Shown: positions 13,201 through 44,049 of the stretch, piece by piece
Layout: each line of letters begins with the position of its first letter
Numbering within the stretch: the first letter of the stretch is position 1
Assembly (NCBI RefSeq): GCF_001194135.2
Contig: NC_069000.1
Coordinates: 6,608,219 to 6,672,218, forward strand
Origin: Octopus bimaculoides
Taxonomy: Eukaryota
DNA: 64,000 nt
Reading direction: 5' to 3'
Position numbers and translations under genes: made by a program
The notes under the pieces: generated by a model
Seen by the model: the letters and a program-made list of their open reading frames with translations, nothing else
Databases searched by the model: none
Told to the model about the DNA's origin: nothing

Positions 13201-13499
13201 CTTTACTTTGATACTTTGGTAGGCTTTGGCCATGTTGTACCTTTGGTATTCAAGTACTATTTTTGTCACCTTGTTTTGCACTTACACCCAAAATCACATT
13301 AATAACTTAAGCGTGAACTTTAGGATTTCTCGGTTTTCTGTGAATCGATTTTGATAAAACTTTTCCCAGCTGGTTTGCACGCTATGGCAGCACCATTGTT
13401 ATGTTTTCATTATTCTGTTAAATGTCCTTTCTCTTTTTATTTCAGATTCTTCAGTTTTTGGGTAAACCACGCTAATTGCGTCTCTCCTCTCTGAGAACA

Positions 13500-13958
13500 A
13501 TAGGACGTGGAAAAGGCCTTAACGATGAAGAAAAGTCTGTCATCAAGATGGAAAGTGTTAAAGGTACCTCTCTTCATGTCATTGCGGAGAAGTTAGGTCG
13601 TCATGTGGATATGGTTAGACAATTCCTGAAGGACCCTTCGCCAAGCAAGAAATGATCCGATTGTGGTACCTCCGAGACTGTGGCAGCTAGGAATTTAAGG
13701 AATATTGGCTGCAAGTTACGTGAGAAACCTGGACAAACAAGCAAATCCCTATTCAACGCTTCTGGACTTCCTCGTGTACCGAAAACCACCAGAAATCACA
13801 TCCTTGAGACCATGGCTTCCATGTGAGAAGCCCTGAAACTGCCTCCTTTAATGCCCTGTCACAGGTGTTTGAGGCTTCAATGGGCCCAAAAGTACATGAC
13901 ATTAGACACGAGTTGTGTTCTGTTCACTGACGAAACCAGGGCGACCCTTGACGGACCG
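13500..13958 (+). pseudogene. Tc1/Tc3-like (IS630-Tc1-mariner) transposase remnant
   Basis: (ATA for ATG)GRGKGLNDEEKSVI...IAEKLGRH...PPL..CHR.LRLQWAQKYM..D..CVLFTDETRATLDGP. It contains the HTH region and the first catalytic Asp motif, has two in-frame TGA stops and is truncated after LDGP. Confidence 0.88.
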
Positions 13959-13984
13959 AGCAAAATTGCAGTTATGGTAGATAC

Positions 13985-14205
13985 TGGTGTCACACAAATG
14001 GCACCCGTGCTGGTGGCACGTAATAGCACCCATTACACTCTCAGAGTGGTTGGCATTAGGAAGGGCAACCAGCTGTAGAAAACCACGCCAAATCAGACTG
14101 GAGTCTGATGCAGCCTCCCAGCTTACCAGTCCTGGTCAAACTATCCAACCCATGCCAGCATGGACAACAGACGTTAAATGATGATGATGATGACGAAGAT
14201 GATGA
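13985..14205 (+). mobile_element. RTE 3'-tail copy abutting and truncating the Tc1-like element
   Basis: Tail consensus (gtggttggcattaggaagggcaaccagctgtagaaacc ... acgttaaatgatgatgat). Further tail copies lie at about 15065-15310(+), 17600-17790(+), 24770-24940(-), 26100-26320(-), 36620-36750(+), 42000-42200(+), 57740-57850(-), 59050-59195(-), 60040-60680 (three), 62140-62270(+) and 63050-63270(+). Confidence 0.85.
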
Positions 14206-14502
14206 TGATGATGAACTGGCACTCCATTGGTCGACAAGGATTCCACTCGATCTGATCAATGCAATGGCCTGCTCATGAAATTGATGCACAAGTGACTGAG
14301 CTCTCCACAGATTCACATACCCTTGACATAGTTCTCAGGGAGACTCAGCATGACACAAAATGTGACAAGGCTGACTCTTCTGGACGCATTTTAACCAGAT
14401 GAGTTGAGACAGAAGTGATGTAAAATAAAATGTTTTGCCGCAGGACATGATATACTGCTGGGAAACAAATTCATGGCCTTATCCTTGAACTGAACACCCT
14501 AA

Positions 14503-14544
<42 letters not shown>

Positions 14545-16053
14545 GTCTTTGTTGGAGGTGACAAATATTTTCCATTTTATGTTTGAACTGGCCACACCCT
14601 TCCTCTTACACCCTGCCCACATTGTCATTCTAAAAATAATCATATCATCAAAATCTCAAAAATATGATGTAATGCATGATTAATTAACCCATTTACCTCC
14701 CATAATTCTATTAACTGGAATTTTTTTTAATGAAACTTTGATTTCTAGCATAAAGCAGCCTTAGAAACACGTTGGAACGATCAAAATAAGAAAGATATGG
14801 TATATAATTTTTTTTGTGCTGGGTTTCTTTGAGACATGTAATTTATTTTAAGGCTTACGCAAGGGTTTAAAGGTTGAGAAACACTGCTCTAAACATCTGA
14901 ACGAAACTCAGCCACTTTGCTTCCGTGAGGCCCAACATTCAAAAGATGTCCTTTACATGCCACCATCACAGGTACACTTGGCTTGACAGGTCCTCTCAAG
15001 CACAGCAGATCGCCAAAGGTCTCGGTCACTAGTCACTGCCTTTGTGAAGTTCAAAGTTCAAAGTGTCAGGTAAAAAGCACTTGTGTAGGTGCCACATAAA
15101 AAGCACCCAGTACACTCTATAAAGTGGTTGGCATTAGGAAGGGCATCCAGCCATAGAAACCAAGCCAAAACAGACACTAGATTCAGGTGCAGTCTTCTGA
15201 TCTGCCAGTTCCTGTCAAATTGTCCAACCCATGCCAGCATGGAAAATCGATGTTTGAAGATGAATGTTGATGATGACGATGATGGTGACAATGACAACGA
15301 TAATGATGATGATTCTCATAACGATGTTACAATAACTGCTTCACCTGGTCTTCCAGCAATCCCTATAACATAATCTCCTAATCTTTGTTAAATTTATTAT
15401 GGCTGAATTTTGCAACCACATGGTTTCAATTTCAGTCTCACTCCATGGTAAATGTCTTTCTCCTAAAGCCTCTAACTGACCAATACCTTGTGAGTAGATT
15501 TGGTGGACAGAAACTGTGAGGAAACCCGTTGTATATAAATGTGTGCGTGTGGGTGTTTGATGTGCAAATTTTTGCTATTGTTTTGTGTTCAGTCAGGCAT
15601 GGAAGTAATAGTGTAAACAGATGTCTTAGATTCAGGTCATGACATTTTTTGCATAGAAAGTTAATTTGTGTTGTGTTTTAAGGTTCACGAAAAAATGTTT
15701 GTAAATAAATCAGTTGGTCACACAGTATCGGATAGACTGGTATTGAGTAGGTTTCGGCGGTATTAGATTACCATCAAGAAAATTGAACTGGATATTCTGT
15801 TAGGCTGTAGTTAGGCTTTTATTATAACTATGTTTTAAGGCCTTTCTAGTCTGTTTGCTATTTGTATTTATATACAGGGTGTTCCAATTCTTGTGAAACC
15901 ATCCAACCCATGAAAGTATGGGAAATGGATGTTAAATGATGATTATGATGGTATATATAGACACACATACATATAAGAGACATATGTGTGTGCCTGCATG
16001 TGTGTGTGTATAGATATGTATGTGTATGTGTGTGTGTGTGTGTACATTCAACT

Positions 16054-16355
16054 TGCACATTTTCTGCTAAAATCTGCCTGTCTGAGGTTGGACTTAAATC
16101 TCATGTAAGACCACACAAGAGGGCTCTTCTTGGGTTCTACTGCTTATAGAACACGAGTGTACCTATTAGTTTGCTCTTGGCAATGTCACATATGCCACAG
16201 GATCTGCAAGTCTCAAGGAGGTCTACAGGAATATTTCAAGGTTTATCTTAGATCAGAGAGTAGAGGTATTTTAAGCTGCCCCAAGACTGGTGTGCAATTT
16301 ATGTGGATGTCCTTTCAAAAGTGTGTCTGGTCTAAAAAGCCACACAAGATCTCAT
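16054..16355 (+). pseudogene. Three degenerate C2H2-like fingers in three frames, probably the C-terminus of a LINE ORF
   Basis: CTFSAKICLSEVGLKSHVRPH (16054), CHICHRICKSQGGLQEYFKVY (16184) and CNLCGCPFKSVSGLKSHTRSH (16293); no TGEKP linkers; frameshifted relative to each other. Confidence 0.6.
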
Positions 16356-16907
16356 GTCAGAACTGGGCATCATATACCATGCAGACAAATCCTAACACAT
16401 TTTTTTTTCTCTCTTTCCATTTTTTTTTCTCTCTCACTCCTTTCCAATCAAGAGCGTAGGCTCGAAATGTCAAAGACTTTTCAATTCTTCCTGAGCATCA
16501 ACACCTGCTTGTTGTTCCTTCACATATCTTTGTCTTTTGTTTTCTATACATTTGAACCATACACACACACACACACGATATATATTTAGATACATAAATA
16601 TATAATATATATAATTATGTGTGTATGTAGACATATACACATACATATATTCATTCATACATAAATATCTGTGCATGCACACATGCATGTAAGCAAGGTA
16701 TGTATGCCTGAACTGTACATATGCAGTTGCATAACACACACACACACATCCATTAGTGAATATTAAGTGTTTTGCAGGAAGTCTTACAGAGAAGTCATAT
16801 ACAGGCGGGAAGTTGTAGTTTACACATACAACACAGGGAAGCATAACAGGATGCGAGTGTCTATCTATCTATCTCTCTATTTATCTATCTATCCATCCAT
16901 CCATCCA

Positions 16908-16947
<40 letters not shown>

Positions 16948-16967
16948 ATGCATGCATGCATATATAT

Positions 16968-17028
<61 letters not shown>

Positions 17029-18322
17029 NNNNNNNNNNNNNNNNNNNNNNNNNNNNNNNNNNNNNNNNNNNNNNNNNNNNNNNNNNNNNNNNNNNNNNNN
17101 NNNNNNNNNNNNNNNNNNNNNNNNNNNNNNNNNNNNNNNNNNNNNNNNNNNNNNNNNNNNNNNNNNNNNNNNNNNNNNNNNNNNNNNNNNNNNNNNNNNN
17201 NNNNNNNNNNNNNNNNNNNNNNNNNNNNNNNNNNNNNNNNNNNNNNNNNNNNNNNNNNNNNNNNNNNNNNNNNNNNNNNNNNNNNNNNNNNNNNNNNNNN
17301 NNNNNNNNNNNNNNNNNNNNNNNNNNNNNNNNNNNNNNNNNNNNNNNNNNNNNNNNNNNNNNNNNNNNNNNNNNNNNNNNNNNNNNNNNNNNNNNNNNNN
17401 NNNNNNNNNNNNNNNNNNNNNNNNNNNNNNNNNNNNNNNNNNNNNNNNNNNNNNNNNNNNNNNNNNNNNNNNNNNNNNNNNNNNNNNNNNNNNNNNNNNN
17501 NNNNNNNNNNNNNNNNNNNNNNNNNNNNNNNNNNNNNNNNNNNNNNNNNNNNNNNNNNNNNNNNNNNNNNNNNNNNNNNNNNNNNNNNNNNNNNNNNNNG
17601 ACACGTAAAAGCACCCACTACACTCTCTGAGTGGTTGGTGTTAGGAAGGGCATCCAGCTGTAGAAACTCTGCCAAATTAGATTGGAGCCTGGTGTTGCCA
17701 TCCGGTTTCACCAGTCCTCAGTCAAATCGTCCAACCCATGCTAGCATGGAAAGCGGACGTTAAACGATGATGATGATGATGATGATATATATATGAATGA
17801 TTTATATTTTGGATTCATTTCATTCATCGCGTTGTGGCGATGCTGAGGCACCTTCTTCTAGGTGTATTGTTCCTTCCAACTATTTGGCCTGTTATTCCTT
17901 TTATCGAATGTGAATTGTCGAATGGCTAAGTTAACTGTCACACACACACATGCACACCCGCAACGCCGGGTACGCAAGTTATGCATGCTGTTACGAGTAA
18001 CCTTGCAAGGGAGATAACTTGCTATATCCTTAGTTCCAAATTCGACATAATTACTCATGATGCTGTAACAGCATTTTTTAGAATCCATAGCTAGCTATAC
18101 ACAGACACACACACCCACAGACTCTCTCTCTCTCTCTCACAGACACACACATACACAGACAGACAGAAACACACACACACACGTAAACTGGGCACCTCAG
18201 ACGTTTGTGACCATCGCTTCCCCATAAATCACAGCTGGCTCCGTTGTTAATAGATTGGTGAATTCTCCAGACGGTACGCTTTCGTGTTACGTCTGAAGCT
18301 CTGTTTCTGTACGAAAATTAAA

Positions 18323-18353
<31 letters not shown>

Positions 18354-19158
18354 NNNNNNNNNNNNNNNNNNNNNNNNNNNNNNNNNNNNNNNNNNNNNNN
18401 NNNNNNNNNNNNNNNNNNNNNNNNNNNNNNNNNNNNNNNNNNNNNNNNNNNNNNNNNNNNNNNNNNNNNNNNNNNNNNNNNNNNNNNNNNNNNNNNNNNN
18501 NNNNNNNNNNNNNNNNNNNNNNNNNNNNNNNNNNNNNNNNNNNNNNNNNNNNNNNNNNNNNNNNNNNNNNNNNNNNNNNNNNNNNNNNNNNNNNNNNNNN
18601 NNNNNNNNNNNNNNNNNNNNNNNNNNNNNNNNNNNNNNNNNNNNNNNNNNNNNNNNNNNNNNNNNNNNNNNNNNNNNNNNNNNNNNNNNNNNNNNNNNNN
18701 NNNNNNNNNNNNNNNNNNNNNNNNNNNNNNNNNNNNNNNNNNNNNNNNNNNNNNNNNNNNNNNNNNNNNNNNNNNNNNNNNNNNNNNNNNNNNNNNNNNN
18801 NNNNNNNNNNNNNNNNNNNNNNNNNNNNNNNNNNNNNNNNNNNNNNNNNNNNNNNNNNNNNNNNNNNNNNNNNNNNNNNNNNNNNNNNNNNNNNNNNTAT
18901 ATATATACAGTTATATATCTTATATTTGTTTTAGTTATTGGAATGCGACCATGCTGGTGCACCGCTTTGAAGGGTTTCGAATCGTACAAATCGATTCCGG
19001 AACTTAATTAAATTTTTTTTTTTTTGGTAAAGTCTGGTACTTATTTTATCGATTTCTTTTTGCCAAACTGCTACATTATGGGAACGTAAACAAACCAGCA
19101 CCGGTCGTCAAGCGTTGTCGAGGTCGAAGACAGACAGAAACACACACACACACACACG

Positions 19159-19193
<35 letters not shown>

Positions 19194-22100
19194 GTGCAGT
19201 TACGATCTACGACATTCACAAGGCATCGGTCAGCCACCACCGCTATCACCGTCATTACCACCCTCGAACTACCCCCGAACCCACAATTACTAACTTGGTA
19301 TGTCTCCAGTTTCTGTCATCTTTCTGCTCTTTTCCAATCACCGCCCCAACATCATCTTCATCACCATCACTACAGCTATCGTAAACATTACCACTGCCGC
19401 CACCACCATGGCTGTCATCACCATCATTATCATCATGATCACCACTACCGCGATCATTCGTGTGCGTGTGTGCTAAGAGGCCGCAACCAACATTCACTTT
19501 CAGTTCAGATCTGTTCAATCCACGAGATGAGGATAAGTTATCTCCCTTACATCATTGCCTATTTTAGATTACGTCGCTAGTTTTGGGTTTATTCTCATTC
19601 TTTCTCTGTGTTTTGTTTTCTCTCACACAAACACACACATGCACAGTTTTACACACACACTTTTCTTTTTTCTTTCTTTTTAAAATTTTTTTCAATTGTG
19701 TTGTTTTGCTCAATTTTCTAATTTAATTTTGTAAAACTATTGAGCATTATCGAAATCTATATATATATATATAGGTAATCTTCAAATTTAGTGGGGTAAA
19801 AAAAGTAAATAAAAATATTCAAGGGAAATAACTGAACGACTTACCATTATTATCCGTTTTCTTTTAGATGTTTATAAATAAATCACACATGTGCTCTTTC
19901 TTTTCTTTTTTTTTTTTCTAAAACAGCATGCGACGGAATTTTTTCTTATAAAAGTTTAAAATGTCTTTTTCTTNNNNNNNNNNNNNNNNNNNNNNNNNNN
20001 NNNNNNNNNNNNNNNNNNNNNNNNNNNNNNNNNNNNNNNNNNNNNNNNNNNNNNNNNNNNNNNNNNNNNNNNNNNNNNNNNNNNNNNNNNNNNNNNNNNN
20101 NNNNNNNNNNNNNNNNNNNNNNNNNNNNNNNNNNNNNNNNNNNNNNNNNNNNNNNNNNNNNNNNNNNNNNNNNNNNNNNNNNNNNNNNNNNNNNNNNNNN
20201 NNNNNNNNNNNNNNNNNNNNNNNNNNNNNNNNNNNNNNNNNNNNNNNNNNNNNNNNNNNNNNNNNNNNNNNNNNNNNNNNNNNNNNNNNNNNNNNNNNNN
20301 NNNNNNNNNNNNNNNNNNNNNNNNNNNNNNNNNNNNNNNNNNNNNNNNNNNNNNNNNNNNNNNNNNNNNNNNNNNNNNNNNNNNNNNNNNNNNNNNNNNN
20401 NNNNNNNNNNNNNNNNNNNNNNNNNNNNNNNNNNNNNNNNNNNNNNNNNNNNNNNNNNNNNNNNNNNNNNNNNNNNNNNNNNNNNNNNNNNNNNNNNNNN
20501 NNNNNNNNNNNNNNNNNNNNNNNNNNNNNNNNNNNNNNNNNNNNNNNNNNNNNNNNNNNNNNNNNNNNNNNNNNNNNNNNNNNNNNNNNNNNNNNNNNNN
20601 NNNNNNNNNNNNNNNNNNNNNNNNNNNNNNNNNNNNNNNNNNNNNNNNNNNNNNNNNNNNNNNNNNNNNNNNNNNNNNNNNNNNNNNNNNNNNNNNNNNN
20701 NNNNNNNNNNNNNNNNNNNNNNNNNNNNNNNNNNNNNNNNNNNNNNNNNNNNNNNNNNNNNNNNNNNNNNNNNNNNNNNNNNNNNNNNNNNNNNNNNNNN
20801 NNNNNNNNNNNNNNNNNNNNNNNNNNNNNNNNNNNNNNATATGGTAATCTTCAAGTTTAGGGGGTAAAAAGATAAATAAAAATATCTCTTGTTTGAGTCT
20901 TTGGATTGCGATCGATCTTAGTAATATTTTTAAGCCTGGTACTATATATATATATATGGATCTTTCTACTTTGGCGGGCGCCACTTTTTATTTGTTTTTT
21001 GTTTAGTGTGTTTTCTACCGAAACACTTTAAAACTTCGTATACTTGTATATTCTGTCTTTCAAACTTGGGATACTGGTAGATCCCCCATGGATGCTGTTC
21101 GGACAACAGCGACTATATTGTTCAATATATTCTTATGAGTGGATTTAGTAAGCGGAAACTGACAGAAGCCTGCCGTGTGTGTGTGTGTGTGTGTGTGTGT
21201 TTGTCCACTACCATCGATTGACAATTAGTGATGGCTCGTTTACGTGTCTGTAATTTTACGGTTCGGCAAAAGGAAGTCCGACAGAATAAGTACCAGGCTT
21301 AAAAATATTACTAGGATCGATCGCAATCCAAAGACTCAAACAAGTAAAAGGTTAAAGATAAATTATTACCGGTTTCAAATCTTCGCGAGATCTTTTCTAT
21401 ATCTAGTTGCAGAAACGTCACGTTCCTGAAAGCCTTAATTTAGACCTCTGTAATGTGGAACGCTCTTCCCAATGACTTCCATACTACATGGCAATATGAA
21501 AAGGTTTTGCGTTATGAAATTCTACGTTACTGTAAGGCTTTTAAAAAATGCAGTGCTTCCGTAATGTGGGGAGCGGAGTATGCCAGCTATTATCAACTGA
21601 TTGAAGTAGGCTTCAGTATACAACACTAAACTGATGAGGTTCAATAAGGTCGAAACCTCCTTAGTTGTCCCCTCTTGCCTATTTCCCGAAGCTTGGAAAT
21701 AGATTTCGTAAAATTAATTCTTGAACTCAACCAAATTATCTCCCTTGTCTTTAAGAGTCGCTCACAAATTCCGGTATTTATTTCCTTTCTCCAACTAAAG
21801 GGAATATTTCAATTCAATGAAAATAATGTTTGTTAACGTCGCTCACTCCATAAACGATAATTCCTGAACTCATTGATGGAGCTGCTATATCTAGCAGAAC
21901 GAGCAACCACAAAGAGGTTTCATTGATGGTTCATTCTGTACACACACACACACACACATCATCTTTTTATCGAGTCATTTGACTACGGCCATGCCGGGTA
22001 CCTTGATGGATTTTAAGCGAAGAAATCGGCCAAAGCACTTATTTTTAAATGTGGTGCTAGATCTTGTTAAATCTAACCTATTCTCACGGAAAAGAGTTTT

Positions 22101-22526
22101 CCGAACCTCAAAATTACGGGGGACGTAAACAAACCAGCACCGGTTGTCAAACGCTGGGAGCACACACACACACGCACAATGAGATTCTTTCAGTTTCCGT
22201 CCAGGGATCTGACCCTGCCCCGGGGCTATAGTAGAAGACCCTCACCGAAGGTAGAACAGTGGGACTGGACCCCGAAACCATGTGGTTGGAAAGTAAACTC
22301 CTAACCACACAGCTATGCTATAAGGGAGAGAAAGACCCACTTTGGTCACGAACAACCATGGGATCGTACCTAGAAAGTTCCCCACCTAGGCACAATCCGG
22401 GAAGGTTATTTGTGGAAAAGGAGCAGGTGCCCATGCTCTTTCCAAGCCACCGATGTTATCCAAGGTTAAGGCAAAGGCCGATACAGCTTGGCACCTATGA
22501 CTTTTATGCTATACACAGACACACAC

Positions 22527-22638
<112 letters not shown>

Positions 22639-22649
22639 ATATATAAATA

Positions 22650-22919
22650 CATATGAAATGTTAAAAGTGACTTCGAAGTCTCGCCGGTTGTAGCACCGTA
22701 ACGAGAACCGGAATTTCGAACTCACCCTCAAGCTTTTCCTTGTCAGTGTGTGTGTGTGTATCAGTCTGTGTAGAATGTTTTCGTATCAAGAATCTTGGGA
22801 AACCAATACAAAAATGTACACATACATATTGTTGTATTACTTTTTCTGCGCATAAGATCGCCTCTATATATGTGCGTGTGTACATCTACATACATATGGC
22901 ATATAGAAATACCTATATA

Positions 22920-22975
<56 letters not shown>

Positions 22976-23431
22976 TACATTTATATTAATGGCTTTCAAA
23001 TAAAACTGCGAAGTTCCAAGACGAGATCACGTGATCACTATCTTCGAGACAAGAAAGAAAAGACAGGAAAACTGAAGTAGGAGGAGGAGGAGGAAGACGA
23101 GTAAGTTATAGACGTAGTAGGAGGAGAAGCAGTTGAGAGTGAAAAGTGGAGGTGGGGAAGAAGAAGCAGAAGATAATTGAAGTAGAAGGCGGGGGTGGAG
23201 GGAAAAGAGTCAGCAAAAAGGTAGAGAAGCAGCGGAAGTGGAGCAGGGGAGAAGAGAGCAAGAAAGAGAAAGAGAGAGGGTGAGAGAGCGGTAGGGTAGG
23301 AAGAGAAAGTTAAATGTAGACGAGGAGAAGGAGGAGGAAGAGGAGGATCACTAGAAATAGTAAAAGGTGAAGGGGAGGTAAACGAAGTGCTTTTTGAGGT
23401 GTTTAGATGTGTTCAGAAGTAAACATGAGTC
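22650..23431 (+). promoter_or_regulatory. Probable CRBN promoter / 5' UTR region
   Basis: CpG-rich unique sequence directly upstream of the inferred exon 1. It contains a perfect 12-bp palindrome GATCACGTGATC (23025-23036, with a TCACGTGA E-box), GACTTCGAAGTC (about 22669-22680), a CCGGAA ETS-type core near 22708 and a purine-rich tract at 23050-23390. The TSS cannot be determined. Confidence 0.5.
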
Positions 23432-42800
<19,369 letters not shown>

Positions 42801-44049
42801 AGAACGCTTTGTCTTGTGGGAAAAAAAAATAAATAAAGTCAAAAAGAAAAAACTGAAAAACAAAACAAAGCAATCCTCACTTTACCCCCTCCCTTCTCCA
42901 ATGAACAGAAAATATAAACTATCCCACCCCCATTTACCAAAAAAAAAAAAAGAAAACACTAAAAAGAAAAACAAACACTTATTCACAATGTTGCATTGTC
43001 TCTAGGCAAAAGTCTCTTGTCTTTAATAAAACACTAATTCTGTCCCAGTTTTAATGGCCTAACCCTGTATATTTTCCAACTATTAAAGCTAGACTGGCTG
43101 CTATAGAAATATTAGTGTCAATTTATTATTATTATTATTAAGAAGAGCTCTAAGTGATTGTTATAGATTGTTTATTCAACTGTTTAAATGATATTGTGAC
43201 AGCTTGTCTGTCTTTTTCAAGTTCAAAAACATTTAAGGTTACTCTTCACAAAAAAAAAAAAGACAAAAAAAACAATTTGATGATGGGAATTTTATTTTAC
43301 AATTTTTTACATTGTTATTTGCATTAAAAAGAATTTAAAAGAAAAATTAAATCTCTAAATATTTGAGACAAATCATTAATATAAATTATAATTTCGAACT
43401 TAATTAACCTTATCTAAAAATGAGATTAATTAATTAATAAAAAAACAGTAAAATTTTCTTAGGACACAAAATAGAAAAAAAAAAAAAAATCCAGATGATC
43501 TTCCTCGTTAAAGGTGATCAAAGCTAATTGGTCTCTTTGTATATTAACCATCAGCACACTGCATTTTCTCTAGAATTGTTTCCCCTGCCACTGCTCTGTT
43601 ACTACAAGGGAGAAAACTCATATAGTGACATGATGCACTTACAATGTGCTAAAGGTTAATAAATGGCAGCAGTGGAACAAGCATCGAAATGATTTGGTCT
43701 CTTCTGCAGATTATTAAATATATATCATGGAACAGCAGTAGGACTAGCAGAAAAATATTTATAAATATAATATCAGGTAATGGGAAAATATATTTACCTG
43801 CTACACAGTAAAAAAGATACATCCATTTGTCCATGTTCTGAGAAAGAGCCATTTTATGGAATAAATTATTGTGCTCTTAAGAAAAATCTTGTGCTAACAT
43901 GGAGTTTTGTCTTGTGAATCTTAATTTCTTTATTTGGTTGCCAATTTTCCAAAAAACATCAAAGAGAAAATGCATTTCATATTGAAGAACTCCATGCAAG
44001 ATTTTCATGAATGCACACTTCCACAAAACAGGGGATGCCTGTAACAAAA

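Noticed and set aside
15745-15785. Minus-strand stem-loop followed by GAAAC (hammerhead-like)
   Set aside because: No CUGANGA core at the right spacing and no cleavage triplet or stem I.
18222-18237. PBX-HOX-like CCATAAATCA next to a CAGCTG E-box
   Set aside because: A short AT-rich motif that is expected by chance in 64 kb; no independent support.
16767-20984. 200-340 aa ORFs in the track here and at 5832, 33398-34488 and 55720-56361
   Set aside because: They are open only because they run through N-gaps and (TA)n/(CA)n tracts.
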